A stretch of DNA of 64,000 bases. Source: the human T2T-CHM13v2.0 reference genome, Homo sapiens. The stretch lies in assembly GCF_009914755.1 (NCBI RefSeq), contig NC_060930.1, one strand, 5' to 3'. Numbering within the stretch: position 1 is the stretch's first letter; each line of letters begins with the position of its first letter. This document shows, one piece after another, positions 12,281 to 28,200 of the stretch. Position numbers and translations under genes: made by a program. The notes below the pieces were generated by a model. It did not search any database. It was not told where the DNA came from and saw nothing but the letters and a program-made list of their open reading frames with translations.

Positions 12281-14594
12281 TGTATTAGTTTGTTCTCAAG
12301 CTGCTATAAAGAACATACCTGAGACTGGGTAACTTATAAAGGAAAGAGGTTTAATTGACTTACAGTTCCACAGGGATGGGGAGGCCTCAGGAAATTTACA
12401 ATCATGGTGTAAGGGGAAGCAAACACATTCTTTTTCACAAGGGAGCAGGACAGAGAAGAATGAGTTCCCAGTGAAGGGGGAAGCCCCTTAAAAAACCATC
12501 AGATCTCATGAGAACTAACTCACTATCACATGAAGAAAATGGGGAAACCACCCCCATAATTTAATTGTCTCCACCTGTTCCCTCCCACAACACATGGAGA
12601 TTATAGAAACTACAATTCAAGATGAGATTTGGGTGGGGACACTAAGCCTAACCACATAATTCCTCCCTTGTCCCCTCCCAAATCTCATGTCCTCAAAATT
12701 CAAAACACAATCATGCCCTTCCAACAGTCCCCCAAGTACCTTAACTCATTCCAGCATTAACTCAAAAGACCAAGTCCAAAGTCTCATCTGAGACAAGGCA
12801 AGTTCCTTCTGCCTATGAGCCTGTAAAATCAAAAGCAAGTTAGTTACTTCCTAATACAATGGTAATACAGGCATTGGGTAAATACAACCATTCCAAATAG
12901 GAGAAGTTGGCAAAAACAAAGGGCTACAGGACCCATGCAAGTATGAAATCCAATAGGGCCATCATTAAAGTTCCAAAATTATCTCCTTTGACTCCATGTC
13001 TCATATCCAGGTCATGCTGATGCAAGAGGTGGGCACCCACAGCTTTGGGAAGCTCCATCCCTGTGGCTTTCCAAGGCATAGCCCTCCTTCTGGCTGCTTA
13101 CATGGGCTGGCATTGAGTGTCTGTGGCTTTTCCAGGCACACAATGTAGGCTGTCAGTGAATTTACCATTCTGGGGTCAGAAGGACAATAGGCCTTTTCTC
13201 ATAACTCCATCAGGCAGTGCCCCAGTGGCAACTCTGTATGGGGGCTTCAATCCCATATTTCTCTTCCGCAGTGCCCTAGCAGAGTTTTTCCATGAAGGCT
13301 CTACTCCTGTAGCAAATTTCTGCCTGGTCATCCAGGCATTTCCATACATCCTCTGAAATCTGGGTGGAGGTTCCTAAACCTCAATTCCTGACTTGCATGT
13401 GCCCACTGGCCCAATACCACATGTAAGCCACCAAGGTTTGGGGCTTGCACCCACTGAAGCAACGGCCTGAGCTGTACATTGGCCCCTTTTAGCCATGGCT
13501 GGAACTGAAGCAGCTGGAATGCAGGGCACCATGTCCTGAGTATGCATAGAGCAGACTTCCCTGGACCCAGCCCAGGAAACCATTTTTCCTTCCTAGGCCT
13601 CCAGGCCTGTGATACAAAGGGCTGCTCTGAAAGTCTCTGACATGCCCTGGAGAATTTTCTCTATTGTCTTGCTGACTAACATTTGGCTTCTTGTTACTTC
13701 TGCAAATTTCTGCAGCTGGCTTGAATTCGCCCCAGAAAATGGGTTTTTCTTTACTATTGCATTGTCAGGCTGCAAATTTTCCAAACTTTTATGCTCTTCT
13801 TCCTCTTAAACACTTGCCCACTTAGAAATTTCTTCTGCCACATACTCTAAATAATGTCTCTCAAGTTCAAGGTTCCCCAGGTCTCTAGGGCAGGGGCAAA
13901 ATGCCACCAGTGTTTTGCATAGCAAGCGTGACCTTTACTCCTGTTCCCAATAAGTCGCTCATCTCCATCTGAGACCACCTCAGCCTGGACTTTATTGTTC
14001 ATATCACTATCAGCATTTTAGTCAAAGCCACTAAAAAAGTCTCTAGGAAGTTCCAAACTTTTCCACATCTTCTGTCTTCTGAGCCCTCCAAGTCTCTAGG
14101 AAGATTCAAATTTTCCACATTTTTCTGTCTTCTTCTGAGCCCCGCAAACTGTTCCAACCTCAGCCTGTTACCCAGTTCCAAGGTTGCTTCCACATTTCTG
14201 GGTATCTTTACAAGAGCACCCCACTCTTTGTGGTACCAATTTACCGTATTAGTGCATTCTCATGCTGCTATAAAGGACATATCTGAGACTGGGTAATTTA
14301 TAAAGGAAAGATGTTTAATTAGCTCACTGTTAGCATGGCTGGGGAGGCCTCTGGAAACTTACAATCATGGCAGTTGGGGAAGCAAAGATGTCCTCCTTCA
14401 CAAGGTAGCAGAAGAGAGAAGAATGAGCACCCAGCAAAAGGGGAAACCCTTATAAAGGGTTTTACACAAGAACAGGATGGGGGAACCACCCCATGATTCA
14501 ATTATTTCCACCTGGTCCCTCCCACAACACATGGGGATTATGGGAACCACAATTCAGGATGAGATTTGAGTGAAGACACAGCCAAATCATATCA
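12281..14594 (-). mobile_element. Full-length THE1D-type MaLR (LTRs 12281-12659 and 14245-14594)
   Basis: Two homologous LTRs flanking about 1.6 kb of THE1 internal sequence; the right LTR has an internal deletion. Confidence 0.95.
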
Positions 14595-14629
14595 ATTGTC
14601 TATACTAGAAATTATAGTAGAAATTATGC

Positions 14630-15015
14630 TGATACAGTTTGGATATTTGTCCTCTCCCAAATCTAATGTTGAAATGTCATCCCCAGTGTTGGAGGTGGGG
14701 CCTGGTTGGTCATGGGGGTGGATCCCTCATGGCTTGGTGATGTCCTCAAGTTAGTGAATGAGGTCTCATGAGATCTGGTTGCTTAAAAGTGTGGCACTTC
14801 TCCCTGTCTCACTGCCACTACTTCCATGTGAAATGTCAGCAGCTTCCTCTTCACCTCTGCCATGATTGTAAACTCCCTGAGGCTTCACCAGAAGCAGATG
14901 CCAGCACCATTCTTTCTATACAGACTGCAGAACCATGAGCCAATTAAAGCTCTTTTCTTTATAATTTACCCAGCCTCAGGTATTTTTTATAGCAATGTGA
15001 CAATGGCCTAACACA
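14630..15015 (+). mobile_element. MSTB-type solo LTR
   Basis: tgatacagtttggatatttgtcc...tatagcaatgtgacaatggcctaacaca. Confidence 0.9.
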
Positions 15016-15492
15016 AACTGTCAGGCACACTGGAGAAGATAGACATAAAAAAATGATGGAATAACGTGGTAGTTAATAATAATGTCAGGAAGCACCAAGG
15101 GGTTCAGCATAGCAGCCTTGTGCAAAAACAGATTAGTGTTGTAAAGAGGACTAGGTTGTGATGTAGAAATCATGCAAACTTCTGTTAAGTGCAATTTTGC
15201 TAAGACTGATAAAAATATATGTACTTTAGGTTGTGCCATTGTTAGTCTTCCTCATAAAAGGCTGGAGAATTCTCACTTTCAATTCATATCATTTTACCAA
15301 AAGATTTCTGCTATTTACAAATTGAAGCAACTTGCTATGGCTAAAAGTCAGGTTCATTTTTATAGCAATCTGCTTATTTTAACATTTACTGATTTCTTAC
15401 ATGTACACAGGGATAAGCTATTTTTTTCTTGGAATCTTGTCATATATTAAAATAATAATGTAATATCCATGTTACTTTATATTTTACCTTAG

Positions 15493-15587
15493 AAAAGACA
15501 TTACCAGAGCAACCTGGAGGTGATTAGAGTTGACGCTATTTCAGTTGATTCAAAGAGAGAACATATAGAATATCTTTAAATTTTCAG
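15493..15587 (+). pseudogene. Candidate decayed exon, start of domain 3
   Basis: ttttaccttag|AAA; phase 0; KRHYQSNLEVIRVDAISVDSKREHIEYL*IF; weak donor. Confidence 0.3.
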
Positions 15588-15669
15588 GTTTCCTTCCTCA
15601 CTTATATCAATCAAAGTGAACACAGTAATAACTCTTTCCTTTTTAAATATTTATACTTCACTTCTAAAG

Positions 15670-15851
15670 TATCCCAAAGAACAGAGCAAGTTACATGCAA
15701 AGTTCAGCATCAGCAGTCTGGAAATACCCAAAAGCGCCTCATTGTCTGCACAGCATGAAGCCTTCCCCTGACCTAAATGGATCAAGAAAAATCAAAACTG
15801 CAAATATTTTTTTCAGAGCCAACTATCTACTGGATTTTGCTAAGAAATTTG
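15670..15851 (+). pseudogene. Candidate decayed exon, N-lobe of domain 3
   Basis: cttctaaag|T...TTG|gtaatt; one frame fully open for 60 codons, another gives VTCKVQHQQSG...MDQEKSKLQIFFSEPTIYWILL; true frame ambiguous. Confidence 0.45.
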
Positions 15852-15975
15852 GTAATTAAAAATATTCTTTAAGCTATAGCCTTTACTTTCAAAGAGCCTG
15901 CAATCTAAATATGATCAAAGTTTACTGAAGTGTACACTGACACATAACACCACTTGTTTTTCTTTTTTTATTTAG

Positions 15976-16123
15976 TTACATGACACCGACCTCTTCCGGT
16001 TTTACTATGAAAAAGGACATCCTTGCTGCCTCTTCATGGTGTTGCTCCTCAAAGACCAGTACTCTCCTTTTCCTGTCTTTCACTCTTCCTTGATAATGTT
16101 TGAGTGTTGCTCTAAGTCTGTGT
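15976..16123 (+). pseudogene. Candidate decayed exon, subdomains V-VIb of domain 3
   Basis: ttctttttttatttag|; stop-free LHDTDLFRFYYEKGHPCCLFMVLLLKDQYSPFPVFHSSLIMF with gapless CAMK/AMPK-like spacing (LF, G9, L19, S25, H31); donor T|gtatga. Confidence 0.55.
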
Positions 16124-16144
16124 GTATGAATGTTAAATGTTAAG

Positions 16145-17495
16145 CTCAAATCCAGACCTGTCTGCTACCTTCATTCCTAAATGTCTGAGAGCCTCATAGA
16201 CATCACCACACAGGTATCTAATTGGCTTACCACCACCAGTTTATATAAAATGACTTGTTCCCTGTTGTACCTGATTAAATTGTCCTCAACTTTCCCATGT
16301 CTGACAATGTTTCCAACTTCCTTTCAACCTCTTTAGCTCCATCCTTGATTTTCCCTTTGATTTATCCCTTGGCCTCTTCTTCAGTTAAAATATGGAATGT
16401 ACTTTCTACATGCTTTATTCTCTACTTTCTACCACAGCACCCTAACAAAATCAAGTTATCTTCTTTTAAAATATCATTCTAGTCTCCCATCTGATCCCTC
16501 TGTCATTGCTTCTCAGATATTTTCATGGACTCCTATTTTCTACTATATTTGTTAGTAATTAAATTTAGCTGTTACAACATGAAGAACAGTGTCTTAAACA
16601 AGATAAAAAGGTATTTCCTTGTCTCTTAAGTCTGGAAGCAGGCAGTTTACAGGGAGAGCAGTGGTTCCATGATGTTGTCACTGATCCAATCTCCTTTGCT
16701 CCTCCTGCACCACTAACCTTAGAGCATGATTTTTATCCTCCTGGCAGCAAGATGGTGGCTACAGCTCTAGACATTATATTTGATTTCCAAGAAGAAAGAA
16801 GGGGAAATGGGGGAAGATAAATGGCAATATGGGTTAACAAAATTCGTCCCTTTAAGGAGCTTTCTTGGAGGCTTCTCTTAACATCTTTACTTTACATAAT
16901 ATTGGTCACCCAAATATTCAAGAGAAATGGAAAAATAGTTTTTAGGTGGGTAAATTGACACACTCAAAACAGATTTCTTTTAATGAGGTGAAGCAGAGGA
17001 TTAGATATTGAGTCAGTGACTTACCATATCTGTTTTTTTTAGCAAAGATAATTCAAGGTGTTTCATAGAATATAAGTTTCATAAGTAGGACAGAAAAGAT
17101 TGAGGTATTCACTTGCTCTTATTCCCCACCTATCTCATACCACAATTTATCTTATTTCTGTGGTATCCCCTTTACTGTTCCTATTTTCCTTCTACTTTCC
17201 CCCTACCTGTCTGAATTTTATGCATCTTTTAAGATCAGTGCAACCATTTTTTCTCAAAAATTTTCATTTTCTACACTAAATTTGGACTAATCTCTCTTAT
17301 AAACCTCTCAAACATTTTATTTTTTATTTTAAGATATCATTTACGATATTACAAATGCATGATATGTTTTATTGTTTCCACTAGATTATAAGATATTTGA
17401 GCAGAAAAATAGTGTCTTACTCATCTATTTCCCCAGATCCATAAATGATTTCAAGAAGATTGTGGGTAGTCAATAAATGGATGCAAATGATTGAA
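16145..17495 (+). mobile_element. L2 relic interrupted by an MLT1 LTR
   Basis: tccagacctgtctgctacc... and 3' end ccactagattataag...caataaatggatgcaaatgattgaa. Confidence 0.55.
16545..17035 (-). mobile_element. MLT1J/K-type LTR
   Basis: cagtgtcttaaacaagata...caagatggtggctacagctctagacat. Confidence 0.75.
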
Positions 17496-17629
17496 GACAG
17501 CATGATTGCATAAGGTACTGTATCAGGAGGCTCTGTTCTAATATTTAGCTATTACTGATTCATTTGTTCACTTATTGACCTTGGCAAACAATTCACCTTC
17601 TGGTCAGCAACCTGAGAATATAATAAGAT

Positions 17630-17996
17630 TGTATTAGTCTGTTTTCACACTGCTGTTAAAAGACACACCAGAAACTGGGACAAAAAGGTCTAATTGGACT
17701 TGCAGTTCCACATGGCTGGGGAGGCCTCAGAATCACGGTGAGAGGGGAAAGGCACTTCTGACATGGTGGCGGCAGAGAAAAATCAGGAAGAAGCAAAAGC
17801 AGAAACCCCTGATAAACCCATCAGATCTCATAAGACTTATTCACCATCACAAGAATAACATGGGAAAGACCAAACCCCATGATTCAGTTGGCTCCCCCTG
17901 GGTCCCTCCCACAACATGTGGGAATTCTGTGAAATACAATTCAAGTGAAAATTGGCGGGAGATGGGTGGGGCAGGGAATACTGCCAAACCATATCA
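17630..17996 (-). mobile_element. THE1A solo LTR
   Basis: gaagaagcaaaagcagaaacccctgataaacccatcagatctc; TSD aagat/aagac. Confidence 0.92.
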
Positions 17997-18053
17997 AAGA
18001 CCATGCTGTTCTTCTTTCCTAAATTCATATACCAGATATTTGTTGAGCTTCCA

Positions 18054-18391
18054 TGCTTTCAATTCAATGTGTTCCCCAAAAGTATGTGTTGGAAACTTAA
18101 TCTCTAATGCAACAATGTTAAGAGGTAGGACTTTTGACAGGTGATTAGTCCATGAGAGCTTCACCTTCATGAATGAATGAATGTCAGTAATAAAAGAGTT
18201 TCAGTCTCTCAGTTGGATCAGAGGCAGAAGCCTCTTGCTATGGGATGATGCAGCAAGAAGGCCTTCACTAGATGTTGGTACCTTGATATTAGACTTCCCA
18301 GCCTCTAGAACTGTGAGAAATAAAATTCTTCTCCTTATAAATTACCCAGTTTGTGACATTCTATTATAGCAATGCAAAACAGATAAAGACA
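18054..18391 (+). mobile_element. MSTD-type solo LTR inserted in a minus-strand L2
   Basis: gtgttggaaacttaatctctaatgcaaca...agcctctagaactgtgagaaataaa; TSD ttcca/atcca. Confidence 0.85.
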
Positions 18392-19445
18392 ATCCACATA
18401 TCAATAATTATGCTCAGTTTTGGAAAAGCGAACCTGAATAAAACATGAATTCTACCTTAAGAAGAGTTCAATATGTAGTGGGAAATAGAAGGGAAAGGGG
18501 AAAGAAAGAGACAGAGAGAGAGAGATAAAGTGGGAGAGAGAGAGACAGCGAGAAAGAGGGAGGTGAGAGTTCAAAAAGTGGCAAGAGTGGAGTAGAGAAG
18601 TTTTTAACAAATTCATACATCTGAAAAAATAAGTAGATTTTTGCTAGATATAGAAAGGAAAAACACTTTCTTTTTTTTTGCAGGGAAATCAGCATGAACA
18701 AAACAGTAGAAATATGAAAGAGCATAGCAGTCTACAAGAATCACTGTACTTTTGCCTGGTGCCTGTGTAGGATAGAGGGAAGATAATGAAGCAGTTTGTC
18801 AGAAGTGATAGACAAGTAGACTCATGGATAATACTAAGGGAATTAGAGTTTATCTCAGTAGTAACAGGAGATTTTTTTTTCTATCTGTTTGTATGCTTTC
18901 TAGCTGAATTTGAGGTACAGGGTGTTGGGATAATTATTCTTGTCAAATCAAGATGCCTTCATCTTCAGGCAGCACTTCTAACTTTCTCCCAGAGCAAGAT
19001 CCCAACTAAAGATATCAATAGTAATGTAGTATTATTAACTAGAATGTAGCCATATTTTAATTTCTCCAGTTATACCATAAAAACTTGTATAGCTACGTGA
19101 ATGTGTGTGTGTGTGTTTTCTGATTCAGAGGCCCTTTAAAGTTCATGCAATGCATCCTCATATTCTACTCTTGAAATCCAGATCTTCACACTTTAGTTTT
19201 TTATTGTTGTTGTTTATTTATTTATTTATTTATTATTATACTTTAAGTTTTAGGGTACATGTGCACAATGTGCAGCTTAGTTACATATGTATACATGTGC
19301 CATGCTGGTGCACTGCACCCACTAACTCGTCATCGTCATCTAGCATTAGGTATATCTCCTAATGCTATCCCTCCCCCCTCTCCCCACCCCACAACAGTCC
19401 TCAGAGTGTGATGTTCCCCTTCCTGTGTCCATGTGTTCTCATTGT

Positions 19446-23261
<3,816 letters not shown>

Positions 23262-23324
23262 TATGATGTTAGCTGGTTATTTTGCTAGTTAGTTGATGCA
23301 GTTTCTTCCTAGTCTTGATGGTCT

Positions 23325-24341
23325 TTACATTTTGGCATGATTTTGCAGCAGCTGGTACCGGTAGTTCCTTTCCATGTTTAGTGCTTCCTTCAGGAGCTCT
23401 TTTAGGGCAGGCCTGGTGGTGACAAAATCTGTCAGCATTTGCTTTTCTGTAAAGTATTTTATTTCTCCTTCACTTATGAAGCTTAGTTTGGCTGGATATG
23501 AAATTCTGGGTTGAAAATTCTTTTCTTTAAGAATGTCGAATATTGGCCCCCACTCTCTTCTGGCTTGTAGAGTTTCTGCCGAGAGATCCATTGTTAGTCT
23601 GATGGGCTTCCCTTTGTGGGTAACCCGACCTTTCTCTCTGGCTGCCCTTATCATTTTTTCCTTCATTTCAACTTTGGTGAATCTGACAATTATGTGTCTT
23701 GGAGTTGCTCTTCTCGAGGAGTATCTTTGTGGCATTCTGTATATTTTCTGAATCTGAATGTTGGCCTGCCTTGCTAGATTGGGGAAGTTCTCCTGGATAA
23801 TATCCTGCAGAGTGTTTTCCAACTTGGTTCCATTCTCCCCGTCACTTTCAGGTACACCATTCAGACGTAGATTTGGTCTTTTCACATAGTCCCATATTTC
23901 TTGGAGGCTTTGCTCATTTCTTTTTATTCTTTTTTCTCTAAACTTCCCTTCTCACTTCATTTCATTCATTTCATCTTCCATTGCTGATACCCTTTCTTCC
24001 AGTTGTTTGCCTCGGCTCCTGAGGCTTCTGCATTCTTCACGTCGTTCTCAAGCCTTGGTTTTCAGCTCCATCAGGTCCTTTAAGCACTTTTCTGTATTGG
24101 TTATTCTAGTTACAAATTCTTCTAAATTTTTTTCAAAGTTTTCAACTTCTTTGCCTTTGGTTTGAATGTCCTCCCGTAGCTTGGAGTAATTTGATCGTCT
24201 GAAGCCCTCTTCTCTCAGCTCGTCAAAGTCATTGTCTGTCCAGCTTTGTTCTGTTGCTGTTGAGGAACTGCGTTCCTTTGGAGGAGGAGAGGCACTCTGC
24301 TTTTTAGAGTTTCCAGTTTTTCTGTTCTGTTTTTTCCCCAT
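23325..24341 (-). pseudogene. Disrupted L1 ORF1
   Basis: 339 codons in frame but two TGA stops (24048-24050, 23952-23954) at consensus CGA Arg codons. Confidence 0.95.
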
Positions 24342-25248
24342 CTTTGTGGTTTTATCTACTTTTGGTCTTTGATGATGGTGATGTACAGATGGGTTTTTGG
24401 TGTGGATGTCCTTTCTGTTTGTTAGTTTTTCTTCTAACAGACAGGACCCTCAGCTGCAGGTCTGTTGGAGTACCCGGCCTTGTGAGGTGTCAGTCTGCCC
24501 CTGCTGGGGGGTGCCTCCCAGTTAGGCTGCTCGGGGGTCAGGGGTCAGGGACCCACTTGAGGAGGCAGTCTGCCCATTCTCAGATCTCCAGCTGGGTGCT
24601 GGGAGAGCCACTGCTCTCTTCAAAGCTGTCAGACAGGAACATTTAAGTCTGCAGAGGTTACTGCTTTCTTTTTGTTTGTCTGTGTCCTCCCCCCGGAGGT
24701 GGAGCCTGCAGAGGCAGGCAGGCCTCCTTGAGCTGTGGTGGGCTCCACCCAGTTTGAGCTTCCTGGCTGCTTTGTTTACCTAAGCAAGCCTGGGCAATGG
24801 CGGACGCCCCTCCCCCAGCCTCGCTGCTGCCTTGCAATTTGATCTCAGACTGCTGTGCTAGCAATCAGCGAGACTCCGTGGGCATAGGACCCTCTGAGCC
24901 AGGTGCAGGATATAATCTCCTGGTGCACCCTTTTTTAAGCCCATCGGAAAAGCGCTGTATTCAGGTGGGAGTTACCCGATTTTCCAGGTGCTGTCTGTCA
25001 CCCCTTTCTTTGACTAGGAAAGGGAACTCCCTGACCCCTTGCACTTCCCGAGTGAGGCAATGCCTCGCCCTGCTTCAGCTTGTGCACGGTGCGCACACCC
25101 ACTGACCTGCGCCCACTGTCTGGCACTCCCTAGTTTGATGAACCCGGTACCTCAGATGGAAATGCAGAAATCACCCATCTTCTGCGTCGCTCGTGCTGGG
25201 AGCTGTAGACCGGAGCTGTTCCTATTCGGCCATCTTGGCTCCTCCCCC
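24342..25248. promoter_or_regulatory. L1 5'UTR with sense (minus) and antisense (plus) promoters
   Basis: Intact YY1 motif (gccatcttg at 25229-25237) and RUNX3-region gtacctcagatggaaatgca; activity not shown. Confidence 0.75.
24797..25105 (+). CDS. L1 ORF0 homolog, open, 102 aa
   Basis: MADAPPPASLLPCNLISDCCASNQRDSVG matches L1 ORF0; good Kozak gcaATGg; GT donors after 24902 and 24987; expression unknown. Confidence 0.6.
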   Translation: MADAPPPASLLPCNLISDCCASNQRDSVGIGPSEPGAGYNLLVHPFLSPSEKRCIQVGVTRFSRCCLSPLSLTRKGNSLTPCTSRVRQCLALLQLVHGAHTH

Positions 25249-28200
25249 TAATTTTGTTTTTTATAAAATCAAATCTTTGAAGAACACAGGCCATCTGCCT
25301 TCTTGAAAGTTCACATACTTAATTTTTTAAATTGTTTTCTCATGATTAAATTTAAACATTTTCCAAGAATATTATATATTTAATATTGTTTTATATGTAA
25401 TATGCATACATACATATTTTATACATATATATTTATATATATATATCTTGTTCTGTTTCTCACTTGTCTCTTTCAACATAGTATTTATTAAATCCACCAT
25501 TACCACTCTCTATACCTTGGTTTCCCTATTTCTAACCACAGGACAATAATCTTCAGTGGGCTGTAGCTTTCCACATATCACCTATTCATAGCTCCAGAGA
25601 TGGAGACTCACACTGCATCAAACTAATGGTGACCAATGACAACACTATGTGAACATTTGTGCTCATATACCAAGAACATAATTTTTGAACAGACTAGTGA
25701 TGTGATCAGACATGTGTTTTTGAAAGATTACACTATGCTAGTATAGAAGACCAATTAGAGGAGGAGATAGTGGAGACAGAAAGGCAATTAGAAGATAAAT
25801 AACAAAATTTAAAAGAGAAATGAAGAAAGCCTGGTTTAGGATACCACTAGTACTTGTCATGGTAAAGAGCAGGACAGATGGACATCCAGGAGATAGAATC
25901 AATAGAATTATACTTAAAGGTTATTGACATTTGTTAAAGAACATTCCCTTTCCCATATCATCCAGATCCCTTTGTGATGTTGAAAGGGAAATGAATATTG
26001 TTAATAGAATTTCAGGAAAAATGAGAATACAAAGTAAACTTTATGAATTATTTACATAGTTAGACCTATTTTAACTCTAAGAGAAAAGAGTGATCATTGC
26101 AAGGCAGTAGAGTAGCATGAACAGAGAACTGGAAAATTGAAATCCTTCCTAGGCTAACAGAGCAGCTCGAGCCTTGAGTGTAGGCCACACAGTCCTTGTT
26201 GATTTGATTTATTTTGTAAAGTCTGGACAATATTTTTATCCTGTGTATCTCATATATCCAATTATAACAAAGCCAACTGGCTAATTTTGTTCAGGGGAGG
26301 AAAAAATACATTGATGGGAAATTGTGGTGTAGTGGTCAAGAATATATTCTCTAAAGAGTAATTTTAGGGAAGATGGCAATGTAGGAAGCACCAGGAATCC
26401 AACTCCCCATTTAGTCAGCAATTATAATGGCAGCATCTCTCCAATATAACAGTATTGGTACTGTGGAATATATTAAAAGTTTGTGATTTCTAGAGGAAGG
26501 CTTGGATGTTAAATTGCAGTTAATGTCAGCCAGGTACAACTCTTAGTGCAGTAGCAGCTACCTATTCTCCACTTTACAGCTTTATGGGAGCTGACTGTGC
26601 ATGTGTTTTTAGAAGAACTTACAAGTAGCTTGTGGGAGTCAGGATGGGCAATAAAGACCCTACCCTTTAAATACTAGGGACTTGCTTTCTGATAATTTAT
26701 TGATGGTTCTGATTGTGGAGGTGCAGACACAAAAGTGGGCAGCCATCATTGCATCCCCTACCACAAATGTTGCAAGCCTCTCTCTTTCTCTTTATGGTTG
26801 AAGAGATATCTGGGAGATTTAATGGTCCAGCATTCTTTTCCTCCTTCATTTTCTTTTTTTCTCCTTATGGGAGACAGAAAATTAAGGACTAGAATATTCA
26901 AAATCAACCATAGATAAAGGATAATTTAGAAAGTCACATCACATGTCTAGGGAGAGATATACAAGCAGAGAACTGAGAAGACCATAAGTTTACACTCAGG
27001 CTTGGCACCAAGAACCCCTACAAGAAATCAAATGACAACTACCAATAAGCCCTGGGAAAGGGGGATACTCTCATATCTGATGTTACTACATTAAAAGATT
27101 AATATATCCAATTTTCAATAAAAATTACCAGGAAACATTAAAATAGATCAATTCAAAAAAGATTTAAAAGGTCAACAAAAATCATCCCTGAGAAATACCA
27201 GATGGCAGCCTTACTAGAAAAAGATCTAAAAACACTCAAGAGTTAAAAGAAGATTTTTAACAAAGTCAAGAAAATAATAAGTTGACAAAATAAAAATCTA
27301 AATAAAAAGAAAATGTAAAAAGGACCTACCATTCCAAATTCTCCAGTTGAAAATTATAACAATTGTTATTAATAATTCACTTAGGAGTCCCAGAAACACA
27401 GCAGGCAGGAGAAAGTATCAGTGAATTTGAAGACAGGACTATTAAAATCACCAAGTTTTAGGAACAATTTTTTTAAAAAAGAAAAGTGAACAAAGCTTAG
27501 GGGTCTGTGGGACACTGTCAAGAGAAGCAGCATACACATTGTGAGAAGAAAAGAGAAAGGGGCAAAGATTATTTGAAGAAATAATGGTTGAAAAGTTCCC
27601 AAATATAATAGAAGACAAAATATAAATATCCAATAAGTTCAACAAATTCCAAGTAGGATAAACTCAAAGAACTCCACACCAAGACACATTATAATCAGTC
27701 ATAGCCAAAGACAAAGAGAGAACCTTGAAAACAGCAAGAAAGAATTGACTCATTACATAGAAGGGATCCATAATAATATGATCAGGACATTTTTGATGAG
27801 AAGCCCTGGAAGCCAGAATGCAGTGGGTTGATATATTTAAAGTGCTGAAGAAAAAAAAAAAAACCCAAAGAATGAGAACTTTGCATCTCAAAAAACTATC
27901 TTTTAAAAGTGAGTTTAAAAAAAACTATCTTTTAAAAGTGTTTCCAGACAAACAAAAGCTGAGGGAATTCATTACAACTAGGCATGCCCTTTAAAAAATC
28001 ATAAGGAATTCTTTCAGGTTGAAATAAAAGGACTGAGACAGTAACTCAAAGCTGTGTGAAAGAATAGGATTTCTGGTCAAAATAAATTCATGGATAATTA
28101 TAAAGGTAAGTATTGCTTCAACTTAGGTTTATAATTTCATCTTTTTTTACATTATTTAAAATACTAATGCATAAGAACTATTATAAGTAATTTTATGATA

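Noticed and set aside
14038-14150. About 54-bp tandem repeat in the THE1 internal region
   Set aside because: I recall this duplication in other THE1-int copies, so it is probably inherited from the element.
10980-19204. An existing inversion between the two L1PA3 copies
   Set aside because: The left L1 retains its matching 17-bp TSD, and candidate exons inside remain on the plus strand.
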